From the NCBI GenBank assembly GCA_963701965.1, contig OY969695.1, positions 3,552,001-3,616,000 of the forward strand: DNA of 64,000 bases, written 5' to 3'. The DNA comes from an uncultured Gemmatimonadales bacterium. GTDB lineage: Bacteria; Gemmatimonadota; Gemmatimonadetes; Gemmatimonadales; Gemmatimonadaceae. The position numbers were made by a program, and so were the translations under genes. Shown in pieces: positions 49,326 to 57,425 of the stretch. How positions within the stretch are numbered: the first letter of the stretch is position 1; each line of letters opens with the position of its first letter. The notes under the pieces were generated by a model. The model was not told where the DNA came from. It made no database searches and was given only the letters and a program-made list of their open reading frames with translations.

Positions 49326-49430
49326 GGAGCGCATTCTCCCTCGTGCTCTCTTGCGTCTGTCGAGGGGCAATGTACTTTGCAGCCGCAACACCGCTGCACT
49401 CGTCGCCTCACCTCTCCGGAGACACACGCG

Positions 49431-49787
49431 ATGGCAATAGCCAAGAAAAAAGGTGCGAAGAAGGCCGCGAAGCGGAAGGTCGCCAAGCGTCCTGCCGCGA
49501 AAAAGAAGACAGCTAAAAAGGCGTCGAAGCGGAAGCCGAACGCGGCATTCATGAAGCCAATGCAGCCGAGCGCTCAGCTCTCGGTCGTGGTCGGCAGCGC
49601 GCCGCTTCCCCGCACCGAAGTCACCAAGAAGCTGTGGGCCTACATCAAGCGGAAGGGCCTGCAGGATGCGAAGGAGCGGCGCATGATCAACGCCGACGAC
49701 GCCTTGAAGCCGATCTTCAACGGCAAGGGCAAGGTGTCGATGTTCGACATGACGAAACTGGTCAACAAGCATCTCAAGGACGCGTGA
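49431..49787 (+). CDS. SWIB/MDM2 domain protein with Lys/Ala-rich histone-H1-like N-terminus
   Basis: AKKKGAKKAAKRK..., PNAAFMKP, RTEVTKKLWAYIK..LQD, MFDMTKLVNKHL. Confidence 0.9.
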   Translation: MAIAKKKGAKKAAKRKVAKRPAAKKKTAKKASKRKPNAAFMKPMQPSAQLSVVVGSAPLPRTEVTKKLWAYIKRKGLQDAKERRMINADDALKPIFNGKGKVSMFDMTKLVNKHLKDA

Positions 49788-50562
49788 TCGGGGGCGGGGA
49801 GAGGGCGCGAGCGACCAAACGCCCCCCCCGCGGCCCGCGCGGGAGAACGCCAAGAGCCTGATTGTTGCGGTGGCGATTTTCTTCGCCATCAGGCTCTTCG
49901 TCGTGGAAGCGTATCGGATCCCCTCCGGGAGCATGATTCCGACGCTCCTCGTCGGCGATTGGCTGTTCGTGAACAAGCTGGTGTACGGTCCGCACATTCC
50001 GTTCACCAACATCGTCTTGCCGGGGTACGCCAACCCGCACCATGGCGACGTGGTTGTGTTCGAGTCTCCGCTGCAGACCGACGCGGTTCCCGGTGAGGAC
50101 CCGCGGCCCACGCTGGTGAAGCGTCTGGTGGGCGAGCCCGGGGATACGCTGTTCATGCGGCATGGGACGCTGTACGTCAATGGCGTTCCCAAGCCGCAGG
50201 GCCCCGGGTTCAACGCCTACGACCCCAGCGACGCCGAGCACCAGTCGCCGCCCGACGACATCGCGCCCCAGTTCGATTGGCAAAAACGGGTCGGGCTCGC
50301 AATGTCGCGATTTGGCCCCGCGCCGCCGCAACCCACGCACGACAACTGGGGACCGTTCGTCGTGCCGCCGCGGCACTATTTCATGATGGGCGACAACCGC
50401 TACAGCTCGAAGGACAGCCGCTACTGGGGATTCGTCCCCCGGGAGAACGTCCGCGGCCAGCCCATGTTCGTCTACTACTCGTACGATCCGGAAGCCGGCC
50501 TCGAGTACTTTCGGGCGCTGACGGAGATTCGCTGGAGCCGGATCGGACACTGGGTGCGGTAG
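49784..50562 (+). CDS. lepB: signal peptidase I; N-terminal start uncertain (probable frameshift in C8 run, or GTG 49870)
   Basis: IPSGSMIPTLLVGD, LVKRLVG, MGDNRYSSKDSRYWG; TM segment ENAKSLIVAVAIFF begins upstream of first in-frame start. Confidence 0.88.
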
Positions 50563-50614
50563 CGTCGAGTTCCGGTGACGTGGCCGACATGACGCATCGG
50601 GCGTCCTAGGGTCA

Positions 50615-53416
50615 GTGACCGCCCATCGCCCGCTCGTCATCAGCCTGGGGACCGCCGGTGTCGCGGTGGCGCTCTCCCGTCTCGCCCTGGCGCTCGGCCA
50701 CCCCGAGTGGTCGTTCGCGGCCGCCGTCGTCGTCTATGCCGCCCTGATTGTCGGCGCGGCGGTGACGCTGGGCTGGCACCGGCGCGCCCGTCGGAATGAG
50801 CTGCTGCTCGACGTGTCCTTGCTCGTCTGCGCCGCCGCCGTCGTTGGCATCACGCTCGTCTATGGGACGGGGAAAGGGGGGACGCCATGGCTCATCGTCC
50901 AGCGAAGCGTGCCCATCGTCCTCCTGTCGCTGGTGGCGCTCCTCCTGGCCTCGCGGGGCAATCGCCTGGGGGCGACGGCCGCCAGCGCCCTGGGAGCCGG
51001 CGCGGTCGCGCTGGTCGCCTCCACGGAAATCGGGCGGTCAGGATGGTTGGACGGCGCGGCCGTCGCGGCGTTCGGTGTGGGGGTGTGGGCCCTGTCCCGC
51101 CAGTCCGGCGAGCGCCATGCGCCGGCGGGGGGCCCGCGCGAAGTGACCGGTTCGTCAGCCGTGCGCGCGCGCTTCATCATCGTGGCCACTGGCGTGGTCT
51201 CCGTCGCCACCTTCGTCCTGGGCTTCCGCGGAGAGCCCAGTCCTGCCCTGGCGGTCGCTGTGTCGCTCTTCGTGGCGTTGCTGGCCGCGCGCGCCGGCCG
51301 ATCGTTGACCACGCAAGGCGAGCAAGCGACGCTGTTGGCCCGCAGTGTGGATGCCGAGCGGGCCCTGTCCGCGACCCTGGAGCACCGGATCGCCGAGCGG
51401 AGCGGAGAACTGGCCCAAGCCGAGCGCGTGCTGCAACGCATGTGGATGCTCGGGCAACACGTGGCGCTGGAGCTGCATCCGGCCCGGGTGCTGGAGCGGT
51501 TCATGGAGGCCGTCATCGACGTCGCGCACGCCAATGGCGGCTCGATCGCCCTCGTCGTCGACGACAAGCGGACGCGCATCGCGGTGGCGTCCGGCACGTG
51601 CCGCGACACCATGGGGCTCGTCATTCCGCGCGAGGGTTCGGCTTCGGGCCGGGTGCTCAAGACCGGCCGCACCCTGTGCGTGGACAACGTGACGCAGCAT
51701 CCCGGCCTCCTGCACGAGTCGGTGGCGCATATGCTGGAGTCCATACGCTCCCTGGCGTTGGTGCCGCTGGTGCGCCGCGGGGAGCCGATCGGCATCGTCG
51801 CAATGGTCTCGCGCACACCGGGCGCGTTCTCGCCCGATGACATCTCCCGCGTCGAATCCATGTCCGACATGCTGTCCGTGGCGCTCGCCAACGCCGAGCT
51901 GGTCGAGGATCTGCGGCAGGCGGAGTCGCGGTTCCGGACGTTGTTTCGCGCGGCCCCGGACGCCGTCCTCACCGTGCAGCTGGGCGGCCGGATCCAGGAA
52001 GCGAACGACTACGTACGGGAAGTCGTCGGACTCGACCCGGCCGCGGTGGTGGGACGCGATCTCATCGAGTTCGTGGCGCCGAAGGACCAACGCCGCATGC
52101 GGGAGGCGCTCACCGCGGCGTTCGCCGGGATGCCCGCCCGCCTCGAGGTGGATGTCCTCCGGCAACGCCCCGGCGACGAGCCGCCGGAACCGCGCGTCGT
52201 GGCCTTGGCCGCCCGGCGGCTCCCCGAGACCGATCCGCCAACGATCCTCATCATCGGCCGGGACACGACCGGGGAGCGCGAGATGCGCGCGCGGCTCATG
52301 GAGACGGAACGACTGGCCGCGGTCGGCGAGCTCGTGGCCGGCGTGGCCCACGAGGTCAACAACCCGCTGAGCAGCATCAGCGCATTCGCCCAGCTTCTCC
52401 TGCGCGACGAGACGCTGACCGCCCAGCAGCGGGAGTCGGTCGACGTCATTCGGTCGGAGACCGGCCGCGCCAGCCAGGTCGTCCGCGATCTCCTCGCCTT
52501 CGCGCGCCGCAGCAGTCCCCACCGGGAGGCGCTCGACCTCAACCAGGTCGTGGAGCGCACCGTGCGCCTCCGGAACTACCAGCTGACGTCGAGCGGGGTG
52601 AAAACCGTCATCGACCTGTCGCCGGAGATTCCGGCGGTGCTGGGCGATGCGCGGCAGCTGCAGCAGGTCGTGCTCAATCTCGTGACCAACGCCATTCAGG
52701 CGATGGCGGGCGTCGGCGGCGGCACGCTCTCGTTGGCGACGCGCGTCGACGGGGGCCGCGTCATGCTGGAGGTGGGCGACACGGGACCGGGGATCGCCCC
52801 GAATCTGCGGGCCCGCGTGTTCGAGCCATTCTTCACGACCAAGCCCGAAGGCGAGGGCACGGGGCTCGGTCTCTCGGTGAGCTATGGGATCGTCACCGCC
52901 CATGGAGGAACGATCACCCTGACCGACGAAGGCGCTGGTGCCCGTTTTGTCGTCACACTGCCCGCCGTCGAGGAGCGCGCGGGCCGCACGGTGAGCGGTG
53001 AAGTGCCCGCCTATGCCTCGCGCTCGCCGCTGGCGGGACTCACGGTGCTGTTCGTCGACGACGAGGCCTCCCTGCGTCAGGGATTCGAGGCGTTTGGCCG
53101 GCTCCGCGGCTTCACGGTGGTGCAGGCGGGCGATGGCCGGGCCGCGCTCGAGGCGCTGCGCGGCGCGCGCGTCGACGCCATCGTCACCGATCTCCGCATG
53201 CCGGTGATGGACGGGGTGGCGCTATACGACTCGCTCGTCGCCGAGCAGCCCGCCCTGGCGGCGCGCACGGTGTTCATCACGGGGGACCTGGTGACCATGG
53301 GCGGGCGCGTGGCCGAGGACCGGCCGATGCTCACCAAGCCATTCAGCTTCGAGCGCCTCGAAGACACGCTGGTGGATGTGCTCTCTGTCGGTGGGACGGG
53401 GAATTCCGTAGGTTAG
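50615..53416 (+). CDS. membrane hybrid sensor histidine kinase (TM-GAF-PAS-HisKA-HATPase-REC)
   Basis: AHEVNNPL, NLVTNA, DTGPGI, FFTTKPEGEGTGLGL, VLFVDDE..TDLRMP. Confidence 0.92.
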   Translation: MTAHRPLVISLGTAGVAVALSRLALALGHPEWSFAAAVVVYAALIVGAAVTLGWHRRARRNELLLDVSLLVCAAAVVGITLVYGTGKGGTPWLIVQRSVPIVLLSLVALLLASRGNRLGATAASALGAGAVALVASTEIGRSGWLDGAAVAAFGVGVWALSRQSGERHAPAGGPREVTGSSAVRARFIIVATGVVSVATFVLGFRGEPSPALAVAVSLFVALLAARAGRSLTTQGEQATLLARSVDAERALSATLEHRIAERSGELAQAERVLQRMWMLGQHVALELHPARVLERFMEAVIDVAHANGGSIALVVDDKRTRIAVASGTCRDTMGLVIPREGSASGRVLKTGRTLCVDNVTQHPGLLHESVAHMLESIRSLALVPLVRRGEPIGIVAMVSRTPGAFSPDDISRVESMSDMLSVALANAELVEDLRQAESRFRTLFRAAPDAVLTVQLGGRIQEANDYVREVVGLDPAAVVGRDLIEFVAPKDQRRMREALTAAFAGMPARLEVDVLRQRPGDEPPEPRVVALAARRLPETDPPTILIIGRDTTGEREMRARLMETERLAAVGELVAGVAHEVNNPLSSISAFAQLLLRDETLTAQQRESVDVIRSETGRASQVVRDLLAFARRSSPHREALDLNQVVERTVRLRNYQLTSSGVKTVIDLSPEIPAVLGDARQLQQVVLNLVTNAIQAMAGVGGGTLSLATRVDGGRVMLEVGDTGPGIAPNLRARVFEPFFTTKPEGEGTGLGLSVSYGIVTAHGGTITLTDEGAGARFVVTLPAVEERAGRTVSGEVPAYASRSPLAGLTVLFVDDEASLRQGFEAFGRLRGFTVVQAGDGRAALEALRGARVDAIVTDLRMPVMDGVALYDSLVAEQPALAARTVFITGDLVTMGGRVAEDRPMLTKPFSFERLEDTLVDVLSVGGTGNSVG

Positions 53417-53420
53417 CGGT

Positions 53421-53957
53421 ATGCCCGAGTTCTTCCCGCGGCGCACGATCGTGTGGAAAGCCGAGTCGCTCACGGCCTGGCGCACGCTCACGCTGTCGGT
53501 CGTCGAGATCGGCCTCCTCACGGGAATCGTCCTGCGGCTGGTGCGGGCGATCGCGATTCCGCGCACGCCGGAGCCCGCGCTCTGGGTCTACTGGCTCTTC
53601 GTGGCGCTGGCGCTGTGCGCGGCGGCCGTGCTCCATCTCTCGAACTACACGGTGCGGCACTGGGCGTGGCGGGCGCCCGCGTTCGCCCTGGCCACGGCCG
53701 CGGGTGAAGCCTTGACCAGTCTCTTGCTCATCGCGCTGCATCGCGAGCCGTTCGGAACGGAGCGGGCGGCGTTGCACGACTGGCCCCAGCTCGCGGTCAA
53801 CTCCCTCGAAATCACCGGGGCGATCGTCTGCGCGTTCGCCCTGCTCCTGGGGCTCGTGGTCCAGGTCGTGCGCTACATCCTGCTGCTGAGCGAGCACCGC
53901 GCGCATACCGTCGGGGCCATCCATGCCGAGCGTGCACGCGACGAAGAGCAGGGTTAG
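53421..53957 (+). CDS. hypothetical membrane protein
   Basis: About four hydrophobic helices; packed in + strand run. Confidence 0.7.
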   Translation: MPEFFPRRTIVWKAESLTAWRTLTLSVVEIGLLTGIVLRLVRAIAIPRTPEPALWVYWLFVALALCAAAVLHLSNYTVRHWAWRAPAFALATAAGEALTSLLLIALHREPFGTERAALHDWPQLAVNSLEITGAIVCAFALLLGLVVQVVRYILLLSEHRAHTVGAIHAERARDEEQG

Positions 53958-53966
53958 CTTCGGAGC

Positions 53967-54251
53967 ATGGCCCGCGCGACCTGGAAAGGCGCGGTACTCG
54001 CCGAGAGCGACCGCGTAGAAATCGTCGAAGGCAACATCTACTTCCCTCCCGACGCGGTGCGCCGGGAGCACGTGCGCGACAGCGCGACGCACAGCACCTG
54101 CCCCTGGAAGGGCATCGCCAGCTACTACGACGTCGTGGTCGATGGGGAGACCAACCGCGACGCGGCGTGGTACTATCCGTCGCCCAAGTCGGCCGCCGCG
54201 AACATCCTGAATCATGTCGCATTCTGGCGCGGCGTGACGGTCGAGCGCTGA
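53967..54251 (+). CDS. DUF427 domain protein
   Basis: VEGNIYFPP, TCPWKGIASYY, AAWYYP, HVAFW. Confidence 0.9.
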   Translation: MARATWKGAVLAESDRVEIVEGNIYFPPDAVRREHVRDSATHSTCPWKGIASYYDVVVDGETNRDAAWYYPSPKSAAANILNHVAFWRGVTVER

Positions 54252-55180
54252 ACGCGCCGCTCAATGGGGCACCGCGCGCGGCCCGCGTGCGCGTGCCCGC
54301 CAGCACCTCCAATCTCGGCTCCGGCTTCGACTGCATCGGTCTCGCCGTCAGCCGCTATTTGACGGCGGAGTTCACGCCGGGGCCGGAACCACTGCGCGCC
54401 GAGCGCCGCGGCACCCTGGCGACGATCGCCGACGACCGGGACGTGTTCGTGCGCGCATTCCGGGCGGGTGTCGGGTGCCCGGTGGGCGGCACCCTGACAC
54501 TGGACTCCGAGATTCCCGTCGGCCGCGGGCTCGGATCCTCCGCCGCCTCCGTGGTCGGCGGCCTGGCGCTCGGCGCCGCCGTCAGCGGGCGGGCGTGGGA
54601 CCCCGAGGACATCCTCCGGGCGGCGCTACAGTGGGAGTCGCATCTCGACAACGTGGCCCCGTGCCTGCTCGGCGGCCTGATCGCCGTCGCGCCGGGCGAC
54701 GCCGGTCGCCCGCGGGCCTTCCCCATGCCGCTGGCCACCGGCGCCGGATTCGCCTACGCCGCGCCCGGTGCGCCGCTGGAGACAGCCCGGGCCCGCGCCG
54801 CGCTTCCGCCGACGGTCCCTCACGCCGAGGCGGCCCATGCCCTCGGTCGCCTGGCGGCGCTGCTGCGGGGACTGGCCACGGCCGATGCCGAGCTCCTGGC
54901 GATCGGATTCACCGATCACCTTCACGTGCCGTACCGGCTCCCGCTCATCCCCGGCGGTGACGCGGCAAGGGAGGCGGGACGGCGCGCCGGCGCCTGGGGC
55001 GTCACGGTGTCGGGCGCCGGCTCGGGCCTCGTAGCCGTCGGACCGCCCGATCGGACCAGCGCCATCGCCGAGGCGATGGGGGCGGCGTTTCGCGCGACGG
55101 CGGGCCCGGACGGCGTCGTCGCTTTCCCGATCGTCCCTGACCCGCGCGGCGTGACACTTGACGCGTTGACGCGTTCTTGA
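54248..55180 (+). CDS. thrB: homoserine kinase; start CTG 54248 (overlapping stop) or GTG 54287
   Basis: VRVPASTSNLGSGFDC, IPVGRGLGSSAA, HLDNVAPCLLGG, SGAG. Confidence 0.9.
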   Translation: MNAPLNGAPRAARVRVPASTSNLGSGFDCIGLAVSRYLTAEFTPGPEPLRAERRGTLATIADDRDVFVRAFRAGVGCPVGGTLTLDSEIPVGRGLGSSAASVVGGLALGAAVSGRAWDPEDILRAALQWESHLDNVAPCLLGGLIAVAPGDAGRPRAFPMPLATGAGFAYAAPGAPLETARARAALPPTVPHAEAAHALGRLAALLRGLATADAELLAIGFTDHLHVPYRLPLIPGGDAAREAGRRAGAWGVTVSGAGSGLVAVGPPDRTSAIAEAMGAAFRATAGPDGVVAFPIVPDPRGVTLDALTRS

Positions 55181-55187
55181 GAATACT
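55158..55187 (+). promoter_or_regulatory. candidate promoter for thr leader, within the thrB 3' end
   Basis: TTGACG (55158-55163, duplicated at 55166), 18 nt, AATACT (55182-55187). Confidence 0.45.
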
Positions 55188-55196
55188 ACGGACGAT

Positions 55197-55277
55197 ATGA
55201 GACACTCCGCGCCTATGCCCACGACGGTCACGACGACGCGGTCCCTTTCCGGGGACGGCGCGACGGATCGCGACTAG
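55197..55277 (+). CDS. threonine-rich attenuator leader peptide MRHSAPMPTTVTTTRSLSGDGATDRD (26 aa)
   Basis: Five ACG Thr codons in six consecutive codons (55221-55238), upstream of a terminator and hom-thrC. Confidence 0.85.
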   Translation: MRHSAPMPTTVTTTRSLSGDGATDRD

Positions 55278-55298
55278 CTGGCGCTCAGTCGGACCGAC

Positions 55299-55336
55299 GC
55301 GGCCCCCCGGACCAGCCGGGGGGCCGCTTTGTTTTT
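55299..55336 (+). terminator. intrinsic terminator (thr attenuator)
   Basis: 12-bp perfect stem GCGGCCCCCCGG-accag-CCGGGGGGCCGC followed by TTTGTTTTT. Confidence 0.9.
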
Positions 55337-55362
55337 GGCAGCAGCCCTGTGGAGACATTCGT

Positions 55363-56341
55363 ATGACAACCGCTCGAATGCAATCCTATCGGGGTTGCCG
55401 TTTACGGCCTCGGCACCGTCGGCTCGGCCGCCGTGGAGATCATGGCCTCGGGATCGGCCGATCTCTTCGCCCGACACGATCTCCGCCTCGCGGTGCGCCA
55501 CGTGGTCGTGCGCGACGTCGCGCGCGCCCGCGCCGTGGAGTTGGACCCCGCGCTCTTGACCGATGACTGGGTCCGCCCCCTCGAGGATCCGGGCGTCGGG
55601 CTCGTCGTCGAAGCCATGGGCGGTCTCGACCCGGCCGCCTCCGTCGTCCGCCGCGCGCTCGCCAGCGGCCGGCACGTGGTCACCGCCAACAAGGCGCTCA
55701 TCGCGTCCCAGGGGGCCGCGCTCGAAGCGCTGGCCGACGCCCACCGGGTGGCGCTCCGCTACGAGGCGGCGGTCGGCGGGGCGATCCCCTTGATCCACAC
55801 CCTCCGCGGCACGCTCGCGGGCAACCAGATTACCCGGGTGCGGGGCATCCTGAACGGGACGACCAATTTCATCCTGACGCGCATGAGCGATCACGGCATC
55901 TCGTTTGCCGCCGCGCTGGCCGAGGCCCAACGCCTCGGTTTCGCGGAAGCCGATCCCTCGGCCGACGTGTCGGGACTCGACGCGGCCCAGAAGCTCGTGA
56001 TCCTCGCGCGGCATGCCTTCGGTCACTGGGTGCCCGTGGAGTGCGTCGCCCGCACGGGCATCGCCGACATCTCGCCGCTGGAGATCGCCCAGGCGCGCCA
56101 CGCCGGCGAGACCTACAAGCTCATCGCCGAGGCCGTGCTGACCGAGGGCCGTCTGCGGCTGCACGTCGGTCCCCAGCGGCTCCCCGCGCGGGATCCCATG
56201 GCTAACGTCCGGGATGAGTACAACGCGGTGGCGATCGACGGCGATTTCGCCGGCTCGTTGACGTTCATCGGACGGGGCGCCGGCGCGTTGCCGACGGGTT
56301 CGGCGGTGTACGACGACATCGTCGCCACGCTCCGCAACTGA
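55363..56341 (+). CDS. hom: homoserine dehydrogenase, no C-terminal ACT domain; frameshift between 55363 and 55394
   Basis: GGAG SD + ATG 55363 is one base out of frame with VAVYGLGTVG; VVTANK, YEAAVGGAIP, GILNGTTNFIL, GFAEADP, GRGAG..PTGSAV. Confidence 0.9.
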
Positions 56342-56345
56342 TCGC

Positions 56346-57392
56346 ATGGGCATCGGTGTACTCGAGCGGTGGGCGTCGCTCCTGCCCGTCACCCCGGCCA
56401 CGCCGGCGCTGACACTGGGGGAAGGGGACACGCCGCTCCTGGCGGCGCCGCGGCTCGCCGCGTGGGTCGGCGTCGAAGAGCTGTACATCAAGTTCGAGGG
56501 CATGAACCCGACCGCATCGTTCAAGGACCGCGGCATGGTCGTGGCCGTGGCCAAGGCGATCGAGGAGGGGGCGCGCGTCGTAATCTGCGCGTCGACCGGC
56601 AACACGGCGGCCAGCGCGGCCGCCTACGCCGCCCGCGCCGGGCTCACGGCGATCGTGCTGTTGCCGGGCGGAAAGGTGGCCATCGCCAAGGTCGCCCAGG
56701 CCTTGGCCTACGGCGCGCGGGCCTTGGCCCTGGAGGGCGGATTCGATGCCGCGCTCGACGTGGCGCGCGAGTTGGTCGCCCACCATCCCGCGGCGCTCGT
56801 GAATTCCGTGAACCCGCACCGCATCGCGGGACAGGCGACCGCGGCCTACGAGATCTCGGATGCGCTGGGCTGCGCGCCCAATGTGCTCGCGCTGCCCGTG
56901 GGCAATGGCGGAAACATCACGGCGTACTGGGCCGGATTTCGACGCTACCTCGAGCGCGGCGTGACGGCGACGCTGCCGCGCATCGTGGGCGGCCAGGCGG
57001 CGGGAGCGGCCCCGCTCGTACTCGGCCATCCAGTCGAGAACCCCGAGACGATAGCGACCGCGATCCGTATTGGCCGGCCGGCGAGTTGGAACACCGCCGT
57101 TGCCGCCGTCGCCGAGTCCGGCGGCGAGTTCCGGGCGATCACCGACGAAGCGATTCTGGACGCGTACCGCCAGGTGTCGCGGCTCGAGGGCATTTTTTGC
57201 GAGCCCTCGTCGGCCGCTGGTATCGCCGCCCTCCGCGCGAGCGTCCTAGCAGGTGGCACGCCGTCGGCGACTCGCTGTGTTTGCGTCTGCACCGGGCATG
57301 GGCTCAAGGATGCCCAACAGGCAGTCCCGGACCGCGAGATCGCGACACTACCGGCCACGGCGCGGGCCGTTACAAACATATTGGGCTGGTAA
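56346..57392 (+). CDS. thrC: threonine synthase
   Basis: TLGEGDTPL, NPTASFKDRG, CASTGNT, PVGNGGNITA, ETIATAIRIG, TGHGLKD. Confidence 0.94.
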   Translation: MGIGVLERWASLLPVTPATPALTLGEGDTPLLAAPRLAAWVGVEELYIKFEGMNPTASFKDRGMVVAVAKAIEEGARVVICASTGNTAASAAAYAARAGLTAIVLLPGGKVAIAKVAQALAYGARALALEGGFDAALDVARELVAHHPAALVNSVNPHRIAGQATAAYEISDALGCAPNVLALPVGNGGNITAYWAGFRRYLERGVTATLPRIVGGQAAGAAPLVLGHPVENPETIATAIRIGRPASWNTAVAAVAESGGEFRAITDEAILDAYRQVSRLEGIFCEPSSAAGIAALRASVLAGGTPSATRCVCVCTGHGLKDAQQAVPDREIATLPATARAVTNILGW

Positions 57393-57425
57393 GGGTATCC
57401 TTTTTCGGCCAAGCGGAGGAACCAA

